Origin: Acidimicrobiales bacterium
GTDB lineage: Bacteria > Actinomycetota > Acidimicrobiia > Acidimicrobiales > Aldehydirespiratoraceae
Direction: 5' to 3'
Length of the DNA stretch: 64,000 nucleotides
Assembly: GCA_965117015.1 (NCBI GenBank)
Contig: OZ220747.1
Coordinates: 457,812 to 521,811 of the forward strand
Shown here: in pieces, positions 49,531 to 59,699 of the stretch
Layout: each line of letters starts with the position of its first letter
Position numbering within the stretch: the first letter of the stretch is position 1
Made by a program: the position numbers and the translations under genes
The notes under the pieces: generated by a model
Seen by the model: the letters and a program-made list of their open reading frames with translations, nothing else
Told to the model about the DNA's origin: nothing
The model's database searches: none

Positions 49531-50486
49531 GGAGCGAGCGGAACGGTCTCCACTGGCTCGCCCTTGAGGGCGGCGAGGACCTTGGCCACCACCTGGACTG
49601 AGACGTCGCGCTGGGCTGCGCCGGTGCTGGCACCGAGATGGGGGGTGTGAACGACCCTGGGGTGGCCGATCAGAGGGTGGTCGGCCGGTGGGGGCTCGGA
49701 GTCGTAAACGTCGAGACCCAACCCTCCGAGGCGGCCGTCGTCGAGGGCGGCTCGGGCAGCGGTCGAGTCGATCAGGCTGCCCCGAGCCGCGTTGACCACG
49801 ATGGCGCCCGGCTTGATGGTCGCGAACGCGGCCTCGTCCAGCAGAGCGGAGCCGTCCTCCTGCGCCACTGCGTGAAGGCTCACGAAGTCGGACGCGGCCA
49901 GCAGTTCCGGCAGTTCCACCATCCTGGCCCCGTGCTCGGTGGCCACCTCGGCCGGTATGTACGGATCGGTGGTCAGCACGGCCATCTCGAAGGCCAGCGC
50001 CCGGTGACCCACCGCCCGACCGATGCGGCCGAAGCCGACCAGGCCGAGCGTGGCCCCGGCCAGCTGCACACCCACGTACTGCTTGCGGTCCCAACTGCCT
50101 CCAGCCAGAGAGTTGTGGGCCTCGGTGATGCGCCTGGCCGTCGCCAGCATCAGTGCGAAAGCGTGCTCAGCCGCGGCCAGCGTGTTGGCCTCCGGCGTGT
50201 TGACCACCGCGATGCTCCGCTCGGCCGCGGCGGCCAGGTGGATGTTGTCGACGCCCACACCGGCGCGGCCGATGACCCGCAGGCTTGTCCCCGCCGCGAT
50301 CAGCTCGGCGTCGGCCTGCGTGCCGCTACGAACGATCAGGGCGGCCGCGTCCCGGATCGACTCCAGCAGCTCGACGCGGCTCTGACCGTCCGCGAATACA
50401 GCCTCAACGCCGGGAGCGGCCTGCAGGCGGTCCGCGCCGGCCTGGCCCAGCGGATCGGCCACCAGCACCTTGTGTCGCTCAGGCAT
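49527..50486 (-). CDS. D-isomer-specific 2-hydroxyacid dehydrogenase (phosphoglycerate dehydrogenase-like, no ACT domain)
   Basis: MPERHKVLVADPL...GLVGFGRIGRAVG NAD motif...HTPHLGAST. Start ATG 50486. Confidence 0.85.
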   Translation of the reverse strand: MPERHKVLVADPLGQAGADRLQAAPGVEAVFADGQSRVELLESIRDAAALIVRSGTQADAELIAAGTSLRVIGRAGVGVDNIHLAAAAERSIAVVNTPEANTLAAAEHAFALMLATARRITEAHNSLAGGSWDRKQYVGVQLAGATLGLVGFGRIGRAVGHRALAFEMAVLTTDPYIPAEVATEHGARMVELPELLAASDFVSLHAVAQEDGSALLDEAAFATIKPGAIVVNAARGSLIDSTAARAALDDGRLGGLGLDVYDSEPPPADHPLIGHPRVVHTPHLGASTGAAQRDVSVQVVAKVLAALKGEPVETVPLAP

Positions 50487-50577
50487 CGGACACCTCCTGA
50501 TCGCTTCCGGCGTGCCGCGCCTCGCCCGCCTCTCGTTCGAGCGCGGCACTCCCCCGAGTCTCGCGGCGGAGAGTCCG

Positions 50578-51801
50578 CTACTCGTGGATACCGAAGCGGT
50601 GCAGCCCGTAGGCGTTGATGGCGTTGCCCCGCAGCACCTTGTAGCACTCGTCGGCGTCCATGCCGACCGCGGCGAACATCGAGTGGGCCACCTTGCGGGA
50701 GTGCGGGAAGGTGCCGTCGGAATGGGGATAGTCGGTCTCGAACAGGATCTGGTCGATGCCCACGTCGTTGCGCTGCTTGAGCCCCACCAGGTCGTCGAAG
50801 ATGCAGCCGAACACCCGGCCCTGCACGATCTCGCTGGGCAGCGGGCCGTCGCCGCCCACGCCGCCCCGGCCCTCCTTGAACACCGAGTCCATCCGCTCCA
50901 CCTGGAACGGCATCCAGCCCACCTGGCTCTCGGCGTAGGTGATCTTGATGTCGGAGAACCGCTGCAGCGTGCCCGAGAACACCCAGTCGACCATCGACCC
51001 CTCGGCGTTCTGGGCGTACAGCGACATCGAGGTGGCCAGCGGCGCGTCGGCCGAGGTGGACGGCATCGAAGATGACGACCCGATGTGCATCGACACCGTG
51101 GTGCCGGACTCCTCGCAGGCCTGCCACACGGGATCCCACTCGCCGGTGTACATCGACGGCAGACCCAGCTTGGACGGGTTCTCGGAGAAGGCCACCGCGA
51201 AGCAGCCCTTGGCCGCGCAGCGCCGCACCTCGGCCGCGGCCATCTCGGTGTCCCACAGCGGCAGCAGGGCCAGCGGAATCAGCCGACCCCGCCCCGCGCC
51301 CCCGCCCCAGTCGTCGATCATCCAGTCGTTGTAGATGCGCAGGCACTCGGCCGCGAGCTCCTTGTCGTCACGCTCGAGGAAGCCCTGCCCGCAGAACCGG
51401 GGGAAGATGTTTGGGAAGTTGATGGCGGCCTCCACATGGTTGAGGTCCATGTCGGCCAGCCGGGCGGTCTGCTCGTAGGTACCGGGACGGAGATCCTCGT
51501 AGCGGGCGGCCACGTTGCGCTGCTCCTCCCGGGGCATGCCCGCGGGGCCGTGCAGCAGGCCGGTGGGAGTGACGCTGTCCTCGAACAGCCACACGTCGCA
51601 CCAGTGCCCGTCGGGGTCGTTGCGCTCGAAGCCGTAGTGGCCGCCCGTGAAGTGCAGCCTCACCTTCTCCTGCACCACCCTGGGCCCGCGGGCTCGCATC
51701 GACGGCGGCAACTGCTGCTGCCACAGGTCCTTGGGCTCCATGACGTGGTCGTCGACGGAGATGATGAGCGGCAGTTCGGTGATGGCGGGAGTAGGCGTCA
51801 C
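50578..51801 (-). CDS. amidohydrolase family 2 (ACMSD-like) metal-dependent hydrolase
   Basis: 407 aa. ISVDDHVMEP (HxH-like metal site), ILFETDYPHSD. Confidence 0.85.
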   Translation of the reverse strand: MTPTPAITELPLIISVDDHVMEPKDLWQQQLPPSMRARGPRVVQEKVRLHFTGGHYGFERNDPDGHWCDVWLFEDSVTPTGLLHGPAGMPREEQRNVAARYEDLRPGTYEQTARLADMDLNHVEAAINFPNIFPRFCGQGFLERDDKELAAECLRIYNDWMIDDWGGGAGRGRLIPLALLPLWDTEMAAAEVRRCAAKGCFAVAFSENPSKLGLPSMYTGEWDPVWQACEESGTTVSMHIGSSSSMPSTSADAPLATSMSLYAQNAEGSMVDWVFSGTLQRFSDIKITYAESQVGWMPFQVERMDSVFKEGRGGVGGDGPLPSEIVQGRVFGCIFDDLVGLKQRNDVGIDQILFETDYPHSDGTFPHSRKVAHSMFAAVGMDADECYKVLRGNAINAYGLHRFGIHE

Positions 51802-51841
51802 TGCCTGGACCTCCGGCTCGGCGACCTACCCGCTCGCGTTC

Positions 51842-52243
51842 TCAGGCGTCGACCCTGCGGGCGCATGACCTGAAGATATCTTCCGCGATGTCGTCCCACA
51901 GGTCCTCGACCTCGTCGTCCAGATCGCTCGGGTTGGGGGTGGAGCGCAGCGCCTTGTCGAGGGATTGGAACTCCGCGAGCGTCAGGCTCTGGCGCAGCCC
52001 GTCGAAGGAGCATCCGCACAGCACTCTGGCCTCGGCCTCGGTGAGGTTCTCGGTGTTGGCCTCCATGCACGAGGCCAGGAAGTTGTGCTCCACGGCGGAC
52101 TCGGCCCCGAACTCCTCGTCTTCGAAGCGTCCGTCCTGCTCGGCCTCGTCCCAGGTCTCCGGGTCGGCGCTGTTGCCGCAGCCCGCCACCACCAGCACGA
52201 CGGCCGCGGCAAGAACCCAGACAGGACGGAGGCGTGCTCGCAT
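51842..52243 (-). CDS. small acidic lipoprotein (133 aa)
   Basis: MRARLRPVWVLAAAVVLVVAGCGN lipobox. Start ATG 52243 inside the 253-aa track ORF. Confidence 0.6.
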   Translation of the reverse strand: MRARLRPVWVLAAAVVLVVAGCGNSADPETWDEAEQDGRFEDEEFGAESAVEHNFLASCMEANTENLTEAEARVLCGCSFDGLRQSLTLAEFQSLDKALRSTPNPSDLDDEVEDLWDDIAEDIFRSCARRVDA

Positions 52244-52269
52244 AGCGGCTCCGAGGCTACCGGGTGAGG

Positions 52270-52950
52270 TCAGCCACTCAGTTCCCGCGCTCTGGTGAAC
52301 ACGGCGTCGAGCATGGGCTCGGTGAGGCGGCCGGTGAAGGTGTTCTGTTGGCTGGGGTGGTAGCTGCACAACAGGGTGCGGCCGTCCGGAAGCGGCGCCT
52401 CGGCGCCATGGCCGAAGCGAGGGCGCGGACCCGATCCGAGTTCGCGCCACACCACCTGGTGGGCGAAGCCGCCCAGCACGACCACCACCTTCAGCGAGCC
52501 GAGCGCGGCCAGCTCGCGCCTCATGAACGGCACGCATGCGTCGCGTTCGGCGGGGGTGGGCTTGTTGTCGGGCGGCGCGCACTTCACCGGCGCGGTGATC
52601 CATGCTCCGGTGAGGGCCAGACCGTCACCGAGATGGGTCGACTGGGCCTGGTTGGCGTACCCGGCGCGGTGCAGGGCCCGGTACAGCCAGTCCCCGGAGC
52701 GGTCGCCGGTGAACATCCGGCCCGTGCGGTTGGCCCCGTGGGCTGCGGGCGCCAGGCCGACCACCAGCAGGCGGGCGTCGGGGTCGCCGAACCCGGGCAC
52801 GCCGCGGGCCCAGTACTCGTCGTCGCGGTAGGCGGCCCGCTTGGTGCGCCCGACCTGCTCGCGCCACTCCACCAGCCGGGGGCACACCCGGCATGCGGTC
52901 ACCTCCGAGGCCACCTCGGCAAGGACACGGCGCGAGCCGGGGGACTCCAC
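52270..52950 (-). CDS. udgB: uracil-DNA glycosylase, family 5-like (UdgB)
   Basis: 226 aa. [40 protein letters not shown]. Confidence 0.85.
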   Translation of the reverse strand: MESPGSRRVLAEVASEVTACRVCPRLVEWREQVGRTKRAAYRDDEYWARGVPGFGDPDARLLVVGLAPAAHGANRTGRMFTGDRSGDWLYRALHRAGYANQAQSTHLGDGLALTGAWITAPVKCAPPDNKPTPAERDACVPFMRRELAALGSLKVVVVLGGFAHQVVWRELGSGPRPRFGHGAEAPLPDGRTLLCSYHPSQQNTFTGRLTEPMLDAVFTRARELSG

Positions 52951-52978
52951 GGACGATCAGGCTACGTTGGCCTGCATC

Positions 52979-53659
52979 ATGGCCACGAGTTCTGCCCGCA
53001 CTTCGACCAAGGCCGCCTCCAAGGCCGGTGCTGAAGCCGCGGCCGTCGTGCTGTTCGTGCGCCACGGGCAGACACCGACCACGGGGTCGGTGCTGCCGGG
53101 CCGGGCGCCGGGTCTCCATCTGTCGTCCGAGGGTGTGGAGCAGGCGCAGCGGGTGGCCGAGCGGCTGGCCGGGCTGGGCCGGATCAAGGCGGTCTACGCC
53201 TCGCCCATGGAGCGCACCGTCGAGACGGCCGCACCCATAGCGCGGGCCTGCAAGCTGCGAGTGCGGCGGAGCCCCGGCCTCATCGAGTGCGACTTCGGCC
53301 GGTGGACGGGACGCAAGCTTCACAGCCTGCGCAGGCGCAAGGACTGGACCACTGTGCAGCGCCACCCGAGCGGGTTCCGCTTCCCCGGCGGCGAGTCGTT
53401 CGCCGAGATGCAGGCCCGAGCGCTCGACGCGGTGGCCGCCATCTGCGCCCGCCACGCCGGCGAGACGGTGGTGGCCGTGTCCCACGCCGATGTGATCAAG
53501 GCGGTGGCCGCGGCGGCGGCCGGCACACCGCTGGACCTGTTCCAGCGGATCGTGATCTCGCCGTGCTCGGTCACCGCCATCGCCTACCACCCCTCCGGTC
53601 CGATCCTCCTGACCGTGAACAACACCGGCGACGACCTCGCCTCGCTGCGCCCGTCGTGA
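52979..53659 (+). CDS. histidine phosphatase family protein (MSMEG_4193-type putative phosphomutase)
   Basis: VVLFVRHGQT (RHG)...YASPMERTVETA...VSHADVIK. Start ATG 52979. Confidence 0.85.
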   Translation: MATSSARTSTKAASKAGAEAAAVVLFVRHGQTPTTGSVLPGRAPGLHLSSEGVEQAQRVAERLAGLGRIKAVYASPMERTVETAAPIARACKLRVRRSPGLIECDFGRWTGRKLHSLRRRKDWTTVQRHPSGFRFPGGESFAEMQARALDAVAAICARHAGETVVAVSHADVIKAVAAAAAGTPLDLFQRIVISPCSVTAIAYHPSGPILLTVNNTGDDLASLRPS

Positions 53660-54144
53660 GCGAGTCGTTCCACTTCGAGGCGGTCGACATGCTGACTGTG
53701 GGCACACTCGGGCCCAAGGGCGAGCGGGTCTTCTACCTGCAGTGCCTCGCCGAGGGCGAGCTGGTGTCGCTCAAGTTCGAGAAGCGCCAGGCGGCCGCCC
53801 TGGCCGAGTACCTGGAACGGGTGCTGGGCGAGCTGCCCGAAGCCGAGGAAGCAGACCCGCCCGACGACCTCGACATGCGCGAGCCGGTGGTGGAGGCATG
53901 GACGATCGGGGCCCTGGGAATCGCCTACGACCAGGAGGAAGGCCTCGTGATACTCGTGGCCGAGGAGTTGGTCGAGGACCCCGACGACACGGGAGCGTCG
54001 GCTCGGTTCACCCTGACCCGCCCCCAGGTCAGGGCGCTGGTGACCCGGGCGCGGGCCGTGGTCGCCGCCGGCCGGCCACCGTGCCCGTTCTGCCTGCGGC
54101 CCCTGGAACCGTCCAACAGAGACTGGTGCCCGTGCCACAACTGA
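53656..54144 (+). CDS. DUF3090 family protein with C-terminal Cys4 ribbon
   Basis: GTG 53656 overlaps the upstream stop (GTGA). GPKGERVFYLQCLAEGELVSLKFEKRQAAAL...[20 protein letters not shown]. Confidence 0.8.
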   Translation: MSESFHFEAVDMLTVGTLGPKGERVFYLQCLAEGELVSLKFEKRQAAALAEYLERVLGELPEAEEADPPDDLDMREPVVEAWTIGALGIAYDQEEGLVILVAEELVEDPDDTGASARFTLTRPQVRALVTRARAVVAAGRPPCPFCLRPLEPSNRDWCPCHN

Positions 54145-54896
54145 GCGCGAGTGAGAGCGCCGGTCAGTCCCCCATCCGGGACCGCCCCCCCATCGAGACT
54201 GCCCGTGCGCTGGCCTTGCTGTCCGGCGGCGAAGTGGAGCTACGGGGACGGATGCCCTACAGCTCCAACGCGACGTTCTTGGTGGACGTGACCCATGAGG
54301 GACTCGACGCCCAGGCCATCTACAAACCGGTGCGCGGCGAGCGGCCGCTTTGGGACTTCCCCTCCGGACTGGCCCACCGCGAGGCGGGCGCCTTCTGGAT
54401 GGACGCCGCGCTCGGGTGGGACGTGGTCCCCCCCACCGTGGTGCGCTACGACCTGCCCTTCGACGAGGGGTCGCTTCAGCTGTTCATGCCCGCGAACTTC
54501 GAGGAGCACTACTTCACACTGGTGGAACAGGAGCAGCTCAGACCCGAACTGGAGCGCATCTGCGCGCTCGACATCGTGATCAACAACACCGACCGCAAGT
54601 CGGGCCACTGCCTGCTCGGCACCGACGGCACCGTCTGGGCTATCGACAACGGCCTGTCGTTCCACGCCCAGTTCAAGCTGCGGACCGTGATCTGGGACTT
54701 CGCCGGCGATCCGCTGCCCGACGACGTGAGCCGGGACCTTCGCTCACTGTTGGACGCCGGCCTTCCCGAGCCCTTGGCCGCGGCGCTCACGGCCCAGGAG
54801 CAGGACGCCACCCTGGCCCGGACCGAGACCCTGCTGGCGTCGGGCCGGTTCCCGTCCGACGGTCACGGCCACCGCTGGCCCTGGCCCTTGGTGTAG
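54132..54896 (+). CDS. SCO1664 family protein (PI3/4-kinase-like fold)
   Basis: SSNATFLV...[15 protein letters not shown]...[15 protein letters not shown]...AIDNGLSF. Start approximate (GTG 54126/54132 or CTG 54141). Confidence 0.75.
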   Translation: MPQLSASESAGQSPIRDRPPIETARALALLSGGEVELRGRMPYSSNATFLVDVTHEGLDAQAIYKPVRGERPLWDFPSGLAHREAGAFWMDAALGWDVVPPTVVRYDLPFDEGSLQLFMPANFEEHYFTLVEQEQLRPELERICALDIVINNTDRKSGHCLLGTDGTVWAIDNGLSFHAQFKLRTVIWDFAGDPLPDDVSRDLRSLLDAGLPEPLAAALTAQEQDATLARTETLLASGRFPSDGHGHRWPWPLV

Positions 54897-54935
54897 GCGC
54901 GGCGGCCGCGCCGGCGGGTCGGGACCTCTGGAGGG

Positions 54936-55907
54936 TCAGCGGCCTTCTAGGGCCTCCGTGAGCTTGGGCAGCACCTTGTGCACGTCGCCGACGATGCCGA
55001 GGTCGGCCACCGCGAAGATGGGGGCCTCGGAGTCCTTGTTGATGGCGATGATGTTCTTGGAGCCCTTCATGCCCACCAGGTGCTGGGTGGCGCCCGAGAT
55101 GCCGCAGGCGATGTACACCGTGGGCTTGACCACCTTGCCGGTCTGGCCGACCTGGTAGCTGTAGGGCACCCAGCCCGCGTCCACGATGGCCCGGCTGGCC
55201 CCCGGCGCGGCGCCCAGCTGCTTGGCCAGGCCCTCGATCATCGAGTACGCCTCCGCGGCGCCCAGCCCCCGCCCGCCGGAGACCACGATGGCCGCCTCGT
55301 CGAGCTTGGGGCCTTCGGACTCCTCGGTGAAGCGGTCGCGGACCACTGCGCCGCCGGTCGAGCCGAGGTCGGGAACGGGAAGGTCCACAACCTCCGCCGG
55401 CGGGCCGCCCACCGCCGCTGGCTCGAAGGACTTCGGGCGGACCAGCCAGATGTCGGGGCCGCCGTCGGTGAACCGGGAAGTCACGTTGAGGGTGCCGCCG
55501 AACACCGGCTCCACGCCCACCAGGCGGTCCCCGTCGACGCGCAGGTCGACCACATTCGACAGCACGCTGACGTCCAGCTTCACCGACAGCCGGGCGGCCA
55601 CGTCGCGGCCGTCGTAGGTGGTGCCCAGCAGGAAGGCATCGGGCGCGGCCACACTGCCGTCCGAGATGGCGGCGGCCACCGCCGAGGCGACCGACACGCC
55701 CTTCATGCGCCCGTCGAGGTCGCCAGTGGCGTACACCGCAGTGACCCCATGGTCGCCGAGCTCGGCCGCGCAGGCCGCGCCGTCTCCCCCGCAGAACACC
55801 TCGACGGTGCCGGCCACCTCCCGGGCCTTGGCCAGCATCTCAAGCGTGATCGTGGCCACGCCGTCGTCGCCGGCCTCACAGAACACCCAGATCTTGTCCA
55901 ATGTCAT
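54936..55907 (-). CDS. etfA: electron transfer flavoprotein subunit alpha
   Basis: 323 aa. Full-length. [20 protein letters not shown] motif. Confidence 0.95.
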   Translation of the reverse strand: MTLDKIWVFCEAGDDGVATITLEMLAKAREVAGTVEVFCGGDGAACAAELGDHGVTAVYATGDLDGRMKGVSVASAVAAAISDGSVAAPDAFLLGTTYDGRDVAARLSVKLDVSVLSNVVDLRVDGDRLVGVEPVFGGTLNVTSRFTDGGPDIWLVRPKSFEPAAVGGPPAEVVDLPVPDLGSTGGAVVRDRFTEESEGPKLDEAAIVVSGGRGLGAAEAYSMIEGLAKQLGAAPGASRAIVDAGWVPYSYQVGQTGKVVKPTVYIACGISGATQHLVGMKGSKNIIAINKDSEAPIFAVADLGIVGDVHKVLPKLTEALEGR

Positions 55908-55919
55908 GGCGCCGGCCTC

Positions 55920-56699
55920 CTATATCACCTTGAGTTCGTCGAGGAAGGCCACGATGCGTTCGTGAGCGTCGCCCTCGTCCACCACTACTTCGCCTGCGGC
56001 TCGCTCGGGAGCCTCGGCAACGTCGGTGATCTCCTGGCCCGCACCAGCCCAGCCGACACGCTCAGCGGCGATGCCGAGATCGGCGATCTTCAGCTGGTCG
56101 ACCGGCTTGTTCTTGGCCTGCATGATCCCCCGGAACGACGGGTATCGGGGCTCGACCACTCCTGCCGTCACCGAAACAACTGCGGGCAGCGGGCACTCGA
56201 CCAGGTCGGCGCCGGCCTCGGTCTGGCGGCGCACGGTGGCCGTGGCGCCCTCGACGGCTATCTCCTTGGCGAACGTCACCGAGGGCAGGCCGAGCAGTTC
56301 GGCCACCTGGGCGGGCACCACGCCGGTGTAGCCGTCGCTGGACTCGGTGGCGGCCAGCACCAAGTCGGGCTCGGCCCTCTCAATAGCGGCGGCGAGCACG
56401 CGGGACGTGCCCAGAGCGTCGGAGCCGGCCAGCGCTTCATCGCTGATGAGCGTGGCCGAGTCGGCACCCATGGCCAGGGCGGTGCGCAGGCCGCTCACCT
56501 CGTCGTTGGGCACCATCGAAACCAGGTGCACAGAACCCTCGCCGGCGGCGTCCACCAGCTGCAGGGCCATCTCCACCCCGTACGAGTCGGACTCGTCGAG
56601 GATGAGCTTCACATCGCGCCGCAGCGTCCTGGTCTCCGGGTCCAGTGCGCCGGGATCGGCGGGATCGGGAATCTGCTTCACGCAGACGACAACCTTCAT
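55920..56699 (-). CDS. etfB: electron transfer flavoprotein subunit beta
   Basis: MKVVVCVKQIPDP.... 259 aa from ATG 56699 within the 437-aa track ORF. Confidence 0.95.
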   Translation of the reverse strand: MKVVVCVKQIPDPADPGALDPETRTLRRDVKLILDESDSYGVEMALQLVDAAGEGSVHLVSMVPNDEVSGLRTALAMGADSATLISDEALAGSDALGTSRVLAAAIERAEPDLVLAATESSDGYTGVVPAQVAELLGLPSVTFAKEIAVEGATATVRRQTEAGADLVECPLPAVVSVTAGVVEPRYPSFRGIMQAKNKPVDQLKIADLGIAAERVGWAGAGQEITDVAEAPERAAGEVVVDEGDAHERIVAFLDELKVI

Positions 56700-56823
56700 G
56701 GGCGCCAAGTGTGCCAGCGCCCGGCCAGAAACGAACCTCTGCCAGACCACGAATTCGTGCGCCTCGTGCTCTGTGACGCGCGATCGTGGGCGCGCTGGGC
56801 CCGCGAGCCGACAGACTGGGTGA

Positions 56824-57735
56824 GTGCGAGTCCTGCTGCTGGTGAACTCGGCCGCCTCCTCGGTGACCGGGCGGCGCCGCGTGGTGATCCAGAAGGCGTT
56901 GTCGGCCGACCATGAAGTGACCCTTTCCGAAACCGTCCGCCGCGGCCATGCCACCCGGCTGGCCCGGTCGGCCGCCTCCGACGGCATCGATGTGGTGGTG
57001 GTTCTGGGCGGGGACGGCACGCTGAACGAGGCCGCCAACGGCCTGGCCGGCACCGACACCGCCCTGGCGGCGCTGCCGGGAGGAAGCACCAACGTGTTCG
57101 CCCGCATCATCGGTCTGCCCGACGACCCCATCGAAGCCGCCGGCCAGCTCCTCGACGCCCTCGACCGGGGAGCCGTCGCCAGGATCGGGCTCGGAGTCGT
57201 CGACGGGCGGTACTTCCTGTTCCACTGCGGCATCGGGTTCGACGCGGCCGTTGTGGAGCTGGTCGAGAGCCGCGGCCCGCTGAAGCGCTGGGCCGGGCAC
57301 CCCCTGTTCGTCTACGCGTCGGTAACCACCTGGCTGCAGCGGGCCAACCGGCGACGTCCCCCCATGCGGGTGCTCGATGCCGACGGTGACACGCTGGCCG
57401 AGGGCCTGTTGACAATCGTGCTCAACCTCAACCCCTACACCTACCTGGGCAGCCGCAGCTTCGACCTTGTGCCGGGCCTCGGCCTGGACGAGCCCCTGGT
57501 CAGCGTGACCCTGCCCAGCCTCTCGCTGCACCGGATGCTGCCGGTGGCCCTGAAGGCCCTGCGCTCCGGTGACGTGCGAGGCCTGCCCGGAGCGACGGTT
57601 CACGAGGGCCTGAGGGACCTGACCGTGAACGCGGAGCCGCCCGTTCCGTACCAGGCCGACGGCGACCACCTCGGCGCGGCGCCCCGCCTGAGGATCCGCT
57701 GGGTGCCCGACGCCCTGCGGCTGGTCCTGCCCTGA
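56824..57735 (+). CDS. diacylglycerol/lipid kinase family protein (YegS/BmrU-like)
   Basis: 303 aa. VVVVLGGDGTLNEAANGL motif. Confidence 0.85.
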   Translation: MRVLLLVNSAASSVTGRRRVVIQKALSADHEVTLSETVRRGHATRLARSAASDGIDVVVVLGGDGTLNEAANGLAGTDTALAALPGGSTNVFARIIGLPDDPIEAAGQLLDALDRGAVARIGLGVVDGRYFLFHCGIGFDAAVVELVESRGPLKRWAGHPLFVYASVTTWLQRANRRRPPMRVLDADGDTLAEGLLTIVLNLNPYTYLGSRSFDLVPGLGLDEPLVSVTLPSLSLHRMLPVALKALRSGDVRGLPGATVHEGLRDLTVNAEPPVPYQADGDHLGAAPRLRIRWVPDALRLVLP

Positions 57736-57762
57736 GCGGCTTCCGCCCTCAAGGCCACTGGC

Positions 57763-58446
57763 TCAGGCTGCGTCGACCAGGGCCCGGGCCACGTCGGGCA
57801 CGTCGGTGATCAGGCCGTCCACACCCATCGCCAGCAACTCCGACATGCGCTCCGCGGCGTTGATGGTCCACACGTTGACGGCCAGCCCGGCGTCGTGGGC
57901 CCGGCGAACGAATGCCGCGTCGCACATGGCGTCGAAGGCGTGCACTGCCACCATGCTGTGGGCACTGGCCCGGGCCACGGCCTGCGCGGGCGCCACGATC
58001 CCGCAGATCAGCGCGGTGCGAATGGTCGGATCGACAGCCCGCACCGCATCGGCCGCGTCGACGTTGAACGACGACACCACGGCCCGCTCCGGGCCGAGAT
58101 AGGCCGCGATAAGACCGGCCACGGCGTCGGCGACGAGGTTCTCGCTGTCGTAATCGGGGTCGTCGGGCATGTTCTTGATCTCGAGGTGCACTCCCATACC
58201 CTCGCACGCCTCCAGGGCCTCGGCCAGGCTGGGCACGTAGTCGGGAAGTTCATCGGCGTGGAGGTGGCCGATCCGCCGCCCGTCGGCGAGGTGGGCGTCA
58301 TGGTGGACCACGGCCACGCCGTCAGTGGTGCGGCGCACGTCGAGTTCGACCCAGTCGGCGCCGAACTCCCGGGCCAGCCGGAACGCCTCCAGCGTGTTCT
58401 CGGGCGCGGCCTGACTGGCGCCCCGATGCGCGATCACCGCTGCCAC
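57763..58446 (-). CDS. glycerophosphodiester phosphodiesterase
   Basis: 227 aa. VIAHRGAS..PENTLEAF...WVELDVRRTTDGVAVVHHD. Confidence 0.85.
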   Translation of the reverse strand: MAAVIAHRGASQAAPENTLEAFRLAREFGADWVELDVRRTTDGVAVVHHDAHLADGRRIGHLHADELPDYVPSLAEALEACEGMGVHLEIKNMPDDPDYDSENLVADAVAGLIAAYLGPERAVVSSFNVDAADAVRAVDPTIRTALICGIVAPAQAVARASAHSMVAVHAFDAMCDAAFVRRAHDAGLAVNVWTINAAERMSELLAMGVDGLITDVPDVARALVDAA

Positions 58447-58533
58447 CCCGGCAGTCTCGCACAGACTTCCTGCCGGCAGGAATCCATGGGCACGCGCGGC
58501 TGACGTCTACTACCGTGGCCAGCCCGCCCTGCG

Positions 58534-59640
58534 ATGAACGTTCCCGGTACCTCACAAGAGTCCGACGCGAGGTGGATTCCGACGTTGCGAGCGATCGGCG
58601 CGGTCCTGGTCGTGCTGGCATTGATCTGGACGATCGCGCTCGGTCCGTCGGGGGCACGCGCCGCGCACTCCGGCAGCCACGGGTCCACAGACCAACTCGA
58701 CTGGCCCGACGGCAAGGCCGCTCTGCCGCCTCGCTACACGCCGGGCGGCCGCTGCGTCGGGCTGTTCAACCGGGCGTTCGCCGACGAGGTCGCAGCCGCT
58801 CATCCTGGGGCCCGGTTCACGGCAGCCGTCCATGACCACCGCACGGGCTGCCGGTACGAACTCAACGGCGGCCTGGAGATCACCACCGCGAGCGTCATCA
58901 AGGCCCAGGTGCTTGCCGGTGTCCTGCTCGCGGCCCAGGACGCCAGCCGCCCGATCAGCCCGTCTGAGGCGGCCGACGTCAAGTTGATGATGCACTACAG
59001 CCACAATCGCCCGCCCACCTCCAGGCTGTACTTGCAGCTCGGCGGGGCGGCCGGCATGGAAGCGCTGGACGAGCGCTTCGGGATCGTCGGCACGAGCCAC
59101 ACCGCGTGGTACGGCCGGACGCTGTCCACCGCGGAGGACCGGACGCGGCTCGTGGAGCAGCTGCTCATCGGCGGAGGGCCCCTGAGCGCTGAGTCGGTGC
59201 AGGCGGCATGGGAGTGGATGTCCAGCGTGAGCGCGGCACAGAGTTGGGGGGTCACCGCCGGCCTCCCGGTCGGATACGAGGCTGCGTTGAAGAACGGTTT
59301 CTTCCCGATGTCCGGTGCCGGGTGGCGGCTGGGCACCACCGGGGTGGTGCGCGACCCGAACGGCGGCTCCTACGCCATGACAGTGATGACGGACAACAAC
59401 CCGAGCGAGTCGGCCGGCATCAGGCTCGTGGAGGAGATCGCCCGCCACATCAACTCCGCGCTCACAACCGGCGCGCCCGCCGAGCGCGCCGTGGACCTGG
59501 CGGAGTGCGTCGAACCGCCCAGGGGGTCGTCGTGGTCCTCGGTCGCCGAGATGCTCGGCGGAGTCGACGCCGCCAGGCTGAGGTATCTCAACGGCGGCGA
59601 GCCCAGACCGCTGACCGGTCAGCGAGTCTGCTGGGTGTAG
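58534..59640 (+). CDS. membrane-anchored serine hydrolase, class A beta-lactamase-like
   Basis: 368 aa. N-terminal TM helix. TASVIK (SxxK), YSHN (SxN), KNGF (KxG). Confidence 0.7.
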   Translation: MNVPGTSQESDARWIPTLRAIGAVLVVLALIWTIALGPSGARAAHSGSHGSTDQLDWPDGKAALPPRYTPGGRCVGLFNRAFADEVAAAHPGARFTAAVHDHRTGCRYELNGGLEITTASVIKAQVLAGVLLAAQDASRPISPSEAADVKLMMHYSHNRPPTSRLYLQLGGAAGMEALDERFGIVGTSHTAWYGRTLSTAEDRTRLVEQLLIGGGPLSAESVQAAWEWMSSVSAAQSWGVTAGLPVGYEAALKNGFFPMSGAGWRLGTTGVVRDPNGGSYAMTVMTDNNPSESAGIRLVEEIARHINSALTTGAPAERAVDLAECVEPPRGSSWSSVAEMLGGVDAARLRYLNGGEPRPLTGQRVCWV

Positions 59641-59699
59641 CCGCGATCGCGTAACTTTGTGGAAGCGGACGGGTGAGCTAGTGGCAAGGAGGCCCCGCA

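Noticed and set aside
48412-50094. 560-aa ORF as one protein
   Set aside because: The upstream 188 codons overlap the PGDH-like gene out of frame. The lipoprotein signal begins at GTG 49530.
54978-56915. 645-aa plus-strand ORF
   Set aside because: It is antisense to the unmistakable etfA/etfB genes and has no recognisable motifs.
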